From NCBI GenBank assembly GCA_964016885.1, contig OZ024747.1:30690001-30754000 (forward strand): DNA of 64,000 nucleotides. Reading direction: 5' to 3'. Shown in pieces: positions 47,863 through 63,446 of this stretch. Made by a program: the position numbers and the translations under genes. Within the stretch, counting starts at the first letter, position 1. The number at the start of each line of letters is the position of its first letter. The notes below the pieces were generated by a model. That model was not told where the DNA came from. It ran no database searches and saw only the letters and a list, made by a program, of their open reading frames with translations. Source of the stretch: Eledone cirrhosa (Eukaryota).

Positions 47863-48139
47863 GATCTACTGAAGACCTATACTTCTCCTATATCATTCTC
47901 CTGTGGAATTTTGCCTAAGAGGAATTTAATGAATACAGTATCATTGCATTTGATATCAGAAAATCTTGCAAGTGTATCTAACATATGAATTCACAGCCAA
48001 GGCTATTGCCAATGGTCACCATCAACCATTTATCACTGTTATGGATTCTGTAGATGGAGGCTCTCTCTGATCCACACTAACATCTCTGGCCTGCCGAAGG
48101 ACTTGGTTTAAGCCACCATATACTTCTTTCATTATATCA

Positions 48140-48342
48140 AGGGCGGTGAATTGGCAGTATCAGTAGAGCATGCTTTGTGGTATAGAGTTACATCCCTTAA
48201 TGATCTGAGTTCAAATTCTGCTGATGATTTCATCCTTACATGGCCAATAAAATAAAGTACCAATAATGCACTGTTGTCGATTTAATTGACTTCCACTCTC
48301 CAAAAAATTGTTGGTCTTGTGCCTAAATCAGAAACTATTATA
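48140..48342 (+). mobile_element. SINE family B
   Basis: GGCGGTGAATTGGCAG..GAGTTCAAATTC..GTGCCTAAATCAGAAAC. Confidence 0.82.
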
Positions 48343-48589
48343 TCAATGATCTATTTTCTGTCACTCTTTCTCATCCAGCTGGTAGCATCCTTCATCCAAC
48401 ACAACCTTTCCACAAGCTGCACCCAAGTGTCATCTACATGTAGATACCTCATACTAAATATGTACTAGTGCTATATTTAGAGACATCAAAAACATCCCCT
48501 AAATTGATCATATTAATCCTGTCTTCAACAGTAAAGAAACACAATCTCTGCTCATATTACGAAATCATTATTTTGTAGATAGAATTCTT

Positions 48590-48968
48590 GAAAATACAAG
48601 GTCAGACATAACTTTGATGGAGAAGGGTACGTTGATTGATGTAGCTTTCCAAGGAGACCATTACGTCAGTGGTAAAGAAAACAAGCAAATCATAAAGTAT
48701 GCAAAGTTGAGAATAGATGACAAGAGTATGTGGAATATGAAAGCAAGAGTGGTACCAATTCTGATTGGAGCACTTGGGTTAGTGACAGAAATCTTCCCAA
48801 AACCTTGATGGAAATAGAATTAGGACATTGTAAAACATGACATTTGGGAACAGCAAATATCCCGTGGAAAGTACTGTATATCTGAGGTTACATAACTTGA
48901 TAGAGAGTCAATTAAATGATTCGGTATTAATAAGATCATCACTGTGAAAATAAAGGATGATGAAAATA
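48590..48968 (+). mobile_element. Old R4/Dong 3' fragment
   Basis: LIDVAF.GD..V..KE..IIKY..L..MWNMKARVVPILIGALG. Confidence 0.75.
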
Positions 48969-49184
48969 AGAATTTCTTATATAGGCACAAGGCCAGCAAT
49001 GCTGGGGGTGGGGAAAGTTGTTTAAATCAACGCCAGTGCGTTACTGGTACTTTATTTTATCGACCCCGTAAGGATGAAAGGCAAAGTTAACCTCGGCGGG
49101 ATTTTAACTCAGATCATAAAGGGGCGTAACTCTATGCTGCAAAGCATGGTGTCCGACCCTCTACCGATACTGCCAATCCACCAC
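48968..49184 (-). mobile_element. SINE family B, complete
   Basis: Reverse complement of the 28655 copy. Confidence 0.88.
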
Positions 49185-49331
49185 CCTAGGGATGATGAAA
49201 ATAATAATAATGATAATATTAAACACCAAAAACTTTACTGCATGTACTCGAGGTGCACAGATCTGTGCTTGGTAATACAGTGATGATGTGCAACAATAAC
49301 AATAATAATGGCATCATGAAAAACTACTTAC

Positions 49332-49523
49332 TGTTTTCCTTTTGGTCTGGGCTACTTGGGCCTTCTAATTTAAAAACTGTAAACTGAAGTAAAATTTTAC
49401 TGCTGTTAGAAGATGCTTGGATATGCCATTCACAATGTGTAACTGGTTTATATTTTAAAGGATATTCTGGACTTTGGATTAAACCTCCCCATCGATCATT
49501 GATTAATTCAGTGTTACTGCAAT
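49332..49523 (-). CDS. Coding exon (second in window) of the multi-CUB-domain gene; N-terminal part of a CUB domain
   Basis: cttttgtAG acceptor and GTAAGT donor; 192 bp, phase 1-1. Encodes (D)CSNTELINDRWGGLIQSPEYPLKYKPVTHCEWHIQASSNSSKILLQFTVFKLEG..., matching the CUB G.I.SP.YP..Y...C.W.I motif. Confidence 0.92.
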
Positions 49524-51477
49524 CTACAAAAGAGATAAAAACAACAAACAAGATTAGCATCAAGGAATATATTGTGATAACGTTTTGTTTTCTTTTACAT
49601 TACATTACATTTTTATTTTTATTTTTCAAATACAATCATTTTTGAACAATTTATCAAACTTCTCTGATCCTCATCTGAATTGTTTTCATTTAAGTAAAAG
49701 TATTTCAGATAAGAATGAAGAAAAACAAGTTTGATAAATAGCTTTGCAATCACTTTTCAGAAAGTAGTGAGCACTCACAACTTTAATTAAAGTGAGTAAA
49801 GTGTTTAAGTAGAAAATAACAACACAAATAATAATCAATGATTTAAAATTCCAAGAAATTGTGTCTAAATTTCGAAAACAATGTTTGAAGATTTGATAAA
49901 ACCCATAAATTATATTAAAATATGGTAGTGAATTAGGGGAGGGATTACAAATAAGGGAATGAGATCTTGTCACAATTGCAGTTAGATTGCTAGTTATTTT
50001 CTAATCATTTTTAAAGTCAGATTAATAATTAAGAGAAATTAGTCTGGATATCCCTAATTATTCATGCTTAACCACGTTTCACTCACTTCATATTTGTAAC
50101 TGATGAAGTCTTAGAAATATTAAAACAAAAATCGACAAACTTAATTTCTAAATAAACTTTTTCAGTCTAAATCACTCAATCCTTTGAAATATTGAAACAA
50201 AAATAGCAATCATGAAAAATGGAAACAATATGCCCAGAGCTTGAAAATAAAAGAGGAGGAAATATTTTTATAAAAAAACTAGGAAAATAATTTAATTTCT
50301 TTTATCACGAGAAATAGAAACAGAACTGGCAATGTAGTGATATTCTCACTCTCAAAGAGTAAGATTGTGTTGTAATATATAATATAGTTGATGATTGTTG
50401 TGCGTCAGACAATATGCTTTGCAACATATAGTTATGGCCCTTTGCATTCTGAGTTCAAATCCCATCTCCTATCCAGGTCTGAAGGTAGCAGATTTCTTCC
50501 AGAGAAGGATAGAGAGAGAGACAGAAAGGTTCTTATATAAAATTATGTTGAAAGATTTCAATTTAAACTGCAAACCTATACAATGGGTGGCTTTATTTCA
50601 TAAAACCAGAGCCTGTTTTGGTTGGGTTGGTAACTAAAGCAAATTTTGATGATGTGATTGAATTGCAAACATAAAAAAAAGAAAAAGAGACATTGTACTA
50701 ATAGCATATTGTGTTAGAAAGATAGCATTTTAGATATGATGAAATTTATTCTATAATGTGGTACATTTGTGAGGTTTTAGCTATGTTAATTCTCTGAAGG
50801 GAAGGTCATTCAATTGATCCCACAAAGTTATTCTATGATATATAAAATGTGAGATTTCCAGAAGATATCTTTTACATTTATTAAAAATATAATGACTAAA
50901 GGATGTGAAATCTTTAGCTGCAAATTTCTATGAAATGTCTGATGGTTTGGACTAATAGTTGTAGACTATTTAACTTTGTGTATGTGTGTATGTGTGTGTA
51001 TATCTGTCTGTCAGCATTATTAACCCTTTTATCAGAAGGCTGCCATACTACTCCTACCCTAATATGTCATTCATCTCATGGTTCTAGTTGACAGGATGGA
51101 GAAGACATTGCTCACAAGGCTCACACCCACAGGCACCCAACTCCGTTCCAATAGCAGTCAGCAGGGATGTAGTCTAGCGGTCAAGAATGCCAGAAATCTC
51201 CTGTTTGTTGAGTTTTATCCCCATTACAAAATGAATTGGAATTTCTTATTTGTTTACAATGTATATAAAGATCAGTTAACAGCCGGTAGAGATTTCAGTG
51301 AGTATTATTTGGGATTTGAAGGGCAAAGAAATTAATTGTGTAAATGTCTGAAACCTTAGCTATGATTATAACTTGCTGAATTATACACTTCATCCTTAGA
51401 ATGTATATTTACTATATGTGAGTGTGTGTGTGTCTGTGCACATGTACACATGTAAATCCAATGACATTTATATATAT

Positions 51478-51843
51478 ATCACCATCATCATCATCATCAT
51501 CAACATCATCATCATCATCATTTGACGTCTGCTTTTTCCTTGCTTGCAAGGGTAGGACGGAAACTGATTTAGGCTTGATTTCTACAGCTGGATGCCCTTC
51601 CTAACACCAACCTCATTTACAGTGAGTGGTGGGTGCTTTTTTGCCGTGGCACCTCCACGACCACTTTGCAGTGGAATGATAGGGACCCCAGTCCTATCAT
51701 CTCATTTCTACAGCTGAGTAAACTGGAGCAATGTGAAATAAAGTGTCTTGCTCAAGGAAACAACACATCACCCAGTCTGAGAATTGAACTCACAACCTTT
51801 CGATTGCAAGGCCAATGCTCTAACCACTAAGCCATGTGCCTCC
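51478..51843 (-). mobile_element. SINE family A
   Basis: tRNA-like head GGAGGCACATGGCTTAGTGGTTAGAGC..GAGTTCAATTC and an RTE subfamily A type tail. Confidence 0.9.
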
Positions 51844-52018
51844 ATATATATATATATACATGGGAGAAAGAGTCAGGGTCCGATGGCTGAGCTTTGCTGC
51901 TGGAACCTGATATTTACACTCTACTATCCCAAGTAAGGAGTACTCTGCTGTATTATGGTCTTCTTAAGCATAATCTCTCTCCCTCCCCCTCTCTCTCTCT
52001 CTCTATATATATATATAC

Positions 52019-53321
<1,303 letters not shown>

Positions 53322-53777
53322 GGGGTGGAGAAATAGATATATAAATGTAAATATGTCAACAATAAGTTTCAATTAGCTATTATTTTCCTGGTATAACTAT
53401 TCCAATGATAACCTCTAAAGATGCTGTAGTTGAAAGAGAAGGTAGTAGTAGAGATAATTACTTAATAAAATACTGTAGTTCAAATTTGAGAGTGGAAAGA
53501 CTTAATTAGAAAATCAATATCTAAAAACAAGTTAAATATTTTCTACTTGTCTTGTATTCCTATTAAAATAATTAAAGTCTTCTGCAACAAAGAACCACAA
53601 TAAGACAAACTTTAAGAATAGTTAAACCACTTAATATGATTTTTCGGGATCCATATCAGTGATTGCTGAAAGATGGGAAAAATGTTCAAAAGGTTTCCCA
53701 TTAAATGTAATGAAGCTGGAATATATTAACTAACTAATGAATGCCTCAGAAAAGTCAGTGTCAGCTTTTTCCCCTCA

Positions 53778-56700
53778 AACACACACCTACACATAGCACT
53801 TTCCCACACACACACCTACACACAGCACTTTCCCCCACACAGACCTACTACACACAGCACTATTCGCCACACACACCTACACACAGCACTTTCCCCCCAC
53901 ACACACCTACTACACACACACTTACACACAGCACTTTCCCACACACACACCTACACACAGCACTTTCCCCCACACAGACCTACTACACACAGCACTTTCC
54001 CCCACACACACCTACACACAGCACTTTCCCACACACACCTACACACAGGACTTTCCCACACACACATCTAAACACAGCACTTTCCCAAACACACACCTAC
54101 ACACAGCAGTTTCCCACACACACACTTACAAACAGCACTTTCCCCCACACACACCTACACACAGCACTTTCCCCCACACACACCTACACACAGCACTTTC
54201 CCACACACACACCTTCACACACACCTACACACATCTACACACAGCACTTTCCCAAACACACACCTACACACATCACTTTCCCAAACACACACCTACACAC
54301 AGCACTTTCCCAAACACACACCTTCACACACACCTACACACATCTACACACAGCACTTTCCCAAACACACACCTACACACATCACTTTCCCAAACACACA
54401 CCTACACACAGCACTTTCCCAAACACACACCTACACACACCACTTTCCACACACACACCTTCACACACAGCACTTTCCCACACACACCTACACACACCAC
54501 TTTCCCACACACACACCTACACACAGCACTTTCCATGATACACACCCTCGCACACAGCACTTTCCTACACACACCTACACACACCACTTTCCCACACACA
54601 CACCTACACACAGCACTTTCCATGATACACACCCTCATCACACACAGCACTTTCCCACACACACCTACACACAACACGTTCCCACACACACACTTACACA
54701 CAGCACTTTCCCACACACACACACCTACACAGCACTTTCACACACACATACCTACACACATCACTTTCCCACACACACACACACCTACATACACCACTTT
54801 CCCACACACACACCTACACACAGCACTTTCCCACACACCACTTTCCCCCACATACACCTTCACACACAGCACTTTCCCAAACACACACACACTTACACAC
54901 AGCACTTCCCACACACACACCTATACACAGCTCTTTCCCACACGCACACTTACATACAGCACTTTCCCCCACACACACCTACTACACACACACTTACACA
55001 CAGCACTTTCCCACACACACACCTACACACAGCACTTTCCCCCACACACACCTACACACAGCACTTTCCCACACACACCTACACACAGGATTTCCCCCAC
55101 ACACACATCTACACACAGCACTTTCCCAAACACACACCTACACACAGCAGTTTCCCACACACACACTTACAAACAGCACTTTCCCCCACACACACCTACA
55201 CACATCACTTTCCCCCACACACACCTACACACAGCACTTTCCCACACATACACCTACACACAGCACTTACCCCCACACATTCCCACACACACCTACACAC
55301 AGCACTTTCCCAAACACACACCTACACACACCACTTTCCCACACACACACCTTCACACACAGCACTTTCCCACACACACCTACACACACCACTTTCCCCC
55401 ACACACACCTACACAGCACTTTCCATGATACAAACCCTCACTCACAGCACTTTCCCACACACACCTACACACACACACACACACCTACACACACACACAC
55501 ACCTACACACAGCACTTTCCCACACACATACCTACACACATCACTTTCCCACACACACACACACACCTACATACACCACTTTCCCACACACACACCTACA
55601 CACAGCACTTTCCCACACACCACTTTCCCCCACACACACCTTCACACACAGCACTTTCCCACACACACACCACTTTCCCACACACAACACTTTCCCACAA
55701 ACACACACCTACACACAGCACTTTCCTACACACACTACACACAGCTTTTCCCACACACACACCTTCACACACAGCACTTTCCCACACACACCTACACAGA
55801 GGACTTTCCAACACACACATCTACACACAGCACTTTCCCAAACACACACCTACACACAGCAGTTTCCCACACACAAACCTACACACACACCTACACACAG
55901 CACTTTCCCTCATACACACCCTCACACACAGCACTTTCCCACACACACCTACACACAGCACATTCCCACACACACACTTACACACACACACCTACACGCA
56001 GCACTTTCCCACACACACACCTATACACAGCACTTTCCCACACACACACTTACATACATCACTTTCCCACAAACACACACCTACACATAGCACTTTCCCA
56101 CACACATACCTACACACATCACTTTCCCACACAGACACACACCTACATATACCACTTTCCCACACACACACCTACACACAGCACTTTCCCACACACACCT
56201 ACACACCACTTTCCCCCACACACACCTACACATACCACTTTCCCACACACACACACCTACACACACATACACACATACACACAGCACTTTCCCACAAACA
56301 CACACCTACACACAGCACTTTCCCACACACACACACCAACACACACCACTTTCCCACACACACACCTACACACACCACTTTCCCCCCCACACACACCTAC
56401 ACACAGCACTTTCCCACACACACACCTACAGACAGTACTTTCCCACACATACACCTACTCACAGCACTTTCCCACACACATACATACACACATCACTTTC
56501 CCACATACACACACCTACACCCACCCCTTTCCCACGCACACACCTACACACACCACTTTCCACACACACACACCAACACACAGCACTTTCCCACACACAC
56601 ATACCTACACACACCACTTCCCCCCACACACCTACACACAGCACTTTCCCACACACACATCTACACACAGCTCTTTCCCACACACACCTACACACAGGAC

Positions 56701-57197
56701 TTTCCCACACATACATCTACACACAGCACTTTTCCCCACACACACACCTACACACAGCACTTTCCCACACATACATTTACACACAGCACTTTCCCACACA
56801 CACACCTACACACAGCACTTTCCCACACACATACCTACACACATCACTTTCCCACACAGACACACCTACATACACCACTTTCCCACACACACACCTACAC
56901 ACAGCACTTTCCAACACACACCTACACACCACTTTCCCACACACACACCTACACACACCACTTTCCCACACACACACACCTACACACAGCACTTTCCCAG
57001 ACATACACCTACACACAGCACTTTCCCACACACACACCTACACACAGCTCTTTCCCACACACATATACCCCCCCCCACACACACACCACTTTCCCACACA
57101 CACACACCTACACACACCACTTCCCCACACACCTACATGCAGCACTTTCCCCCACACACACACATACACACAGCTCTTTCCCACAAACACACACACA
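53778..57197. repeat. About 3.4-kb CA-rich satellite, unit about 26-32 bp (CACACACCTACACACAGCACTTTCCCA)
   Basis: Roughly 100 or more tandem degenerate units with recurring variant units. Confidence 0.97.
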
Positions 57198-58739
57198 ACA
57201 ATAAAAAAAACATTAATTTTAAATCAGGCCCAACTCTTAAGGTCATCAGTTCTATTCCTAGCAGTTCATTGTATCCTTGAGCAAGATGCACCATTTCTCA
57301 TTGCTCCAGTCCACACAGCTGGCAAAAATGAGTTGCACCTATAATTCAAATAGACAGCCAGCCTTGTTACATGATTTTCCACACTGAATCTCCCTGAGAA
57401 TTATGCTAAGAGTGCATCTGTCTGTGGTGGAATGCTCAGCTACTTGTCCATTAATTTCATGAGCAGGCTAGGCTGAACACTTTTGGATGTGATGAAGATC
57501 CGGCTTGGGTGAAATGTAATTTGGCTACTATTTCTAACAGATGAAGAAATTAGTGAGAAGAATTGGTGACTATAGTAAAGTAATATTATCTAATGGCTCT
57601 GACTTGAGAACAATGGTTAAATTGCTAGCAATTATTCTGCACTTTTTCCTTAACAATAGCAGATGCACTTGCCCAACTCATTATCAAATAAATTTTTATT
57701 CTATTTGTTGTCAGAAGAACATAGAATTTGTTAATAGTTTTAGAGAGAGAAGAGAGAGGAGAAAAAACCCAGGTAACCTAATAATAGAATGAAATTAAAC
57801 TTCATATTAAAGAAATTAAAATCTTAGTCTTATGCACAATATAACGTTATGCACATCTTTAATGTATTTATATAATATTGAGGAAAAAATAATAGAAAGA
57901 AGGAAAGAAATTTAATATTTCTAATTATATTGACAAGCAGCTTTCATTTTTGGCATTTCTTTTGATCTTGAAAATCTATGATGTAGTTATGTCAGATTTA
58001 CATAAATCAGGAAAAGCATGTCACTGGATATAATAGGTTTAACAGAGCAGAAAGCAATTTGAAAAAAAAACCAGAAAAGAATGGGAAAAAAAAACAAAAA
58101 AAAAAACAAAGCAAAAACAAGAGAAATAAATATAACCCCTCCCTCCCAGACCCCCCCCCCAAAAAAGCAGAAGTGATTTCAAATCATATTAGATATGACA
58201 TTAATGTTTCTCAAAGTAGGTATTAGATGACCATTTTGGGAAATAAAAGAGATACTCAGTGATATAGATACAAATTAAGATTTTATAAATATTAATCAAA
58301 TGCAATCCTTGTGTTGTGAGCCGTTGATTTATTTCATTTAAAATGTACTATTCTTTTATGATCTCATATGGCATCATCTATTTAGACACAATTGCATACA
58401 ATATTTATACTTTGGAAAGGTTATTTCTATACAAACTTTCGTTCTATTGTTAGTTCTTAATTTACAACTACTAAAATTGATATCAAATTTTAAATATTAA
58501 TAAAAGGAAATGGATAATGGCAGACCTTTAGTTTATAGTTAGTAATTTATGAAAATTCACGAATCTTACATTTATCTAAAGTAAATCTATATGTATTACA
58601 ATATTCAACGACACACAGCATTGCAGGTGCATTTAAAATAATTTATTATCACACCATCTGAAATTCTAATACAATTATTTTTGTACAATCAATGATTTAA
58701 CCATCTTGGAAAAAATACACAAAAGTTGCTCAACATCTG

Positions 58740-59397
58740 AAAAAGGACACTACATTTGTGTCAAAAGCATTACAACCTCTCAAGTGTTGGTAATCTACAT
58801 GATAAATACACCCAGTACATATGGTAAAGTGGTTGGGGATATTAAGGGCCTCAAGCCATAGAAAACCTTCCAAACAAAGAGGCAGGAAGACTCATCAGCT
58901 GTGTCAAAGACATGACCATCTCCCTAGTGATCTACACAATAAATGCACCAAGTACAATCTATAAAGTGGTTGGTGATATAAAGGGCATCCAGTTGAAGAA
59001 AACCTGCCAAACAATAGGCCAGGAGGACTCTTCAGCTGTGTCAAAGGCATGACAACCTCTCTAATATTATTAATCTACATGATAAACACACCCAGTACAC
59101 ACAGTAAAGTGGTTGGAAAGGCTTAAAGCTATAGAAAACTTTCCAAATATAAACATAAACATACTCAGTACACACGGCAAAGTAGTTGCCGATAGAGAGG
59201 GCCACAGGTCATAGAAAACCTTCCAAACAAAGGAGCAGGAAGACTCTTCAACTGTGTCAATGACATGACTACATCCTTAGTAGAGGTCCCATAATATAAT
59301 GTACTTTATAGAGTGCAGGAACATATGTACTTAGTCAGTGAAGACTCATCCAACTCTTGCTAGCAGGAAAGATGGACATTCAGTGATGATGATAATG
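58740..59397 (+). repeat. Old SINE-derived element with internally amplified modules (about 4 copies)
   Basis: Repeated CCCAGTACAC..AAAGTGGTTGG..TAGAAAACC..CCAAACA..GGAAGACTC..TGTGTCAAA. Related to the 38240 element. Confidence 0.7.
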
Positions 59398-59744
59398 TTG
59401 CCATTGATGTTTATACACAAAGCAGCCTTGATGGAGAAGACCTTAGTTCAAGACATTCTACTTATGGGCAAAGCATCTTTTATTTTCCAAGTATAGTATA
59501 TTTAAGACTATTATCCTATGTATCCAGTAGAATGTGATATGAAAGAAATTTGACTACTAATTCTAATAACTTCATAGCGACTCACACTTTGCTTCTTGTA
59601 AGATGGTAAGTATTATGAAAGACATCCAGCCATAGAAACTATGCCAAATACAGAGCATAATGAGCAAGATTGATCACTCTGATCTATCTTGCCTTGGACT
59701 ATGACATTCTGTCTTACCCATGCTAGTATGGAAAGGGAACATAA

Positions 59745-60125
59745 AATAAGAGCCACTTCCCACATCAGGAAATGTGCTGCTGTTGCTACAGATAGAGAAC
59801 CAAAAGTTTTACCTGACTGAAAGGAATCACATCACTTTACACTCCTCCCATTAGATGTCATATCTCCACACTCATCATCTACCACTATGAGGTGATCATT
59901 AATCCTTGCTATTTAGATAGCATTGTGCCACCTTAACTCAGGTTCATTCACCTCTCCTTTTGTCATTCATCTTCAGCTCCACCCCAACACAAGTGCTGTA
60001 ATTAACACAAATTTTATTTCTTCTTTCCAAGAACATCAAACTTCTGGAATTTCCTGTTTGCCAATCTTTTACCTATAACTGTCAAGTGTTCATGAAAACC
60101 ATTAACCCGAATCAATCTTCCTAAT
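59745..60125 (+). mobile_element. Ancient CR1/Jockey-group LINE 3' fragment
   Basis: SSFFPRTSNFWNFL-like translation at about 60018-60058 resembles the SFFPRT..LWNSLP C-terminal motif. Confidence 0.55.
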
Positions 60126-61243
60126 TTCTCAGAACTGGAGGAGGTCATACATACAATATTTTACTCCAGACAAAACCATTAAGAAATAAACAGATAAAGC
60201 TATTTTACTCAAGCCTATTATTCCACTAATCCAATATTGATTCAGCAATAAGAACCAGGTAATATGCAGAGAAATGTTGCTGTGGAGACCCAGATTTAAA
60301 TTGCATAATCAGAGCTTACAACAGAAAGAGAAGAATAAGTTGTTGATCTTAACTCTACCATTCATCTACTCATATGTTTAACCTCAGCAGCTAATATGTA
60401 TTACTTTTCAACACAGCATTCTAGTTTTAATATATTATAGAATATGAGACCTATTGAGGCAACTAATAAGTCCCTATACAGTTGTTTGACTTGCTAGATA
60501 TTGCAGTTAAGCTCCCTCAAACATCACTCTGCTGTCTTATGAAAAGAAATACATCACAATTTATAACAGGGTATCAAGAACATTTTCTGTGAAAGAAGAT
60601 GGGATGGTGACACTTGGAATGCTTTTTAGCACAAGCATAAGAATGGATGTGGTTAAAAGATAAATGCATTAATCAAAATGAAGAAGCATTGTGTATACAC
60701 AGCCAATCTCTCGGTTATCTGGGAGATATGGGGGTTCAATTGCTCATAGCAGCTCATGGCAACTTCTTTTTTCATCTTTTAAAGGTCTACTCTTTATTTT
60801 ATAAGCTATGTTATAGCCTTTCTGTGCATGAGCACATCATTCATTATAAATAGAAATATTTTATTCAAACCCACTTTTCTATTAATCCTATCTACATTGA
60901 TACAGCAATAAGAACCAAATAATCAGTTGAGCAAAGATATTTCCAAGGAGACCCAGATTTAAATTATATAGTCATAACTTACAACTTATAGTGCTCCTAA
61001 TATATAAAGTTTGCAAAAGAAATACTTTTTGGAATGACAAATACATTTAACTTAAATACAATGGTACCCCTCTTCCCTTGATGAACTAAGCATGTGCTTA
61101 TTTTGCTAAATAGTTTAATCCAGCTCTGTGTATGTGTGTGTGCGCGCGTTTGTGTGTGTGTGTGTGTTTGTGTGTGTATATATGTATGTATATGTGTGTG
61201 AGTGTGCATGTGTACATCTGTCAATGTAGGTATGTCTTTTTTA

Positions 61244-61432
61244 ATAATTGTTTCTACGTTTGGCACAAGACCAGTAAGTATCCCAGTGTATTAGTGGTAC
61301 TTTATTTTATCGACCCCGTAATGATGAAAGGCAAAGTTAACCTCGGCAGAATTTGAACTCAGAATGGCAAGGGCCGTAACTCTATGTGTCAAAGCATGCG
61401 TCCGACCCTCTACCGATACTGCCAATCCACCG
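61244..61432 (-). mobile_element. SINE family B
   Basis: Reverse complement of the 28655 copy. Confidence 0.88.
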
Positions 61433-62102
61433 TCTTTTTTTAATAATACATTGGTGAAGGATGCAAACATCAATGAGAAAATCAGAAAATATCAGTGTCT
61501 TCGAACAAAGTCTCTTGTATATATTTGTTCTGCACTTCCACCACTTGAAATACATTAAATCAGTGATTAAAACCTAAGAGATTTCAGGAATCAACAACAC
61601 TATTGTTAAAAAAATTGAAATATAAAATAAATAAACAAATAAATAAGATATTAAAGGGTAAACAACATCCAACTGTAATGCCAGACTCTGAGATAATATT
61701 AAATGTCTTATTCTATTCTCAACTATCTTCATAATGTAGTTAATTAAGTAACTGTATCATTGCAACTGCCATCATTGCTTTATTTTATAATGAAGCTGAC
61801 AAGCTAATTATTGTTAAGGATATACATCTTTCCACAGAATCAAATTAATTGACTAAATAAAATCTCAACCAATAACAACACATTTCATGTTCTTGTAATG
61901 TACCCTAAAAGTAAAGCCTCACCTATTTCCATTTGTTTATTGTTTAACTGGTTAGTTCAGTAGCAGGCTACCTGTACCTATGAAGGGGCTTTCTTGTCAT
62001 TTATCTGAGTGAAGAATACTTTTATTTCATTATTTATATACAATGTTGAGAGAGTCACTCTTCATAATATCCCCAATAGTTTTAGAAATATTGAATGATT
62101 GC

Positions 62103-62590
62103 GAAGGTGTATGGCTTAGTGGTTAGTTTATTGAGCTCACAATTATAAAGCTGTGGATTCAGGACTGGGTGGTGTGCTGTGTTCTTGAACAAAACACTTT
62201 ATTTTACATTGTAAATGTGGTTGGTGTTAGGAAGGGCATCCAACTGTAGAAAACCCGCCAGACAGTCCTATGCGAGCAAGACAACCACTCTTGCCTCAAG
62301 TGGGAAAACCCCCATCCAAACCCATGCAAGCATGGAACACGGACGCTAAACCTGATGATGATGATGATGATGATGCTCCAGTTTACTCAGCTGTAGAAAT
62401 AAGTTGTGATGTTACTGGTGCCAATCTGTATTAGCCATTACTTTTCCCTTGGACAACATCGGTGGCATGGAAAGTGAAGACAGGCATGTATGGGTGACTA
62501 GTGGTCTTCCACAAACACAGAGGGAAACTTTCTAGGTGTAAAACCATGGTCATTCATGATTGAAGTGGGCCTGCGAATGATCAGTGATAT
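62103..62590 (+). mobile_element. Old tRNA-SINE interrupted by a 5'-truncated RTE subfamily B tail (about 62212-62374)
   Basis: Head GAAGGTGTATGGCTTAGTGGTTAG. The insert closely matches 12160-12325 and ends in (GAT)n; the SINE resumes at TGCTCCAGT. Confidence 0.8.
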
Positions 62591-62874
62591 TACATTCAAC
62601 TGGTATTAAAGATACATTCTTCTCAATTATAATCTCAGTTTTCTTGTTATGTTGTTTTACCAACACTAATATAGCTCACAAATTAAACTCGCCATTTCAG
62701 TCAAGTTCTAATTTGACATAAATAGTGACAACTACATACTTTCTCCATAGGCAGAAGCATTAACATACCATGTCTTCGTATAAATCCCCAAAAGGCAGTG
62801 GAATGCAGAAAGGCTAAAAAAGTAATTTTCAAAAATGTTTTGAGAATTAATTTGTAATAGTATAAGTTACTTAC

Positions 62875-63089
62875 CCGTATCTTTGTTGACATCGTCTTTT
62901 CGAATAAATTTGTACCGGGCACGGAAACCCATATCTGTTCCATCATCATCAGAATGAAACAAAATCTTCACCCCTTTCTCAGTTAGTATTGGGCCTGGGT
63001 TATTTTTTCCACAGTAACGTCGGATCACTGAATAGTTATTAAGACCTTCTAGTTGCTGGTAAATTTCTATATAGTCTGTAGCTTTACAA
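62875..63089 (-). CDS. Coding exon (first in window) of the multi-CUB-domain gene; C-terminal half of a CUB domain
   Basis: ttgtttcAG acceptor and GTAAGT donor; 215 bp, phase 2-1. Encodes CKATDYIEIY...RYCGKNNPGPILTEKGVKILFHSDDDGTDMGFRARYKF, matching CUB C..DY.EI, YCG, F.SD and GF.A.Y. Confidence 0.93.
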
Positions 63090-63446
63090 CTGAAACAAGT
63101 AAAAGAAAACAGTATGTATAGAGAGAGAGAGTCTACCAAAATAACATATACATATTTCAGGAAAAGAAAAAAACTTGTATAAATATTTAACTTGTTCAAA
63201 TACCTCTATAAATATAAATACCTCTTTCGAAAGTTTGATCAAGTTACGATAACACTGTGTACTGTAGTAAATTAGTATTAAAATATCTATACACACTTTT
63301 CTTTTCCTGAACTGTGTATACATTTTATTGGTGGACTCTGTGTATACGGGAGTATAGAAAAAACAGTACCAACATTTGCTTTTAACTTCACTCCTAGTCT
63401 TCTGGGTGCTGGATATCAGCTCCGAATTTCAAAGTCTCCCCCACCT

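Noticed and set aside
50096-50150. CTGATGAAGTC...GACAAAC possible hammerhead
   Set aside because: Lacks GAAA at the right place and has no stem I or III pairing.
53741-57037. Long His/Thr/Pro-rich and Cys/Val-rich ORFs
   Set aside because: Translations of the stop-poor CA satellite, with no splice or domain evidence.
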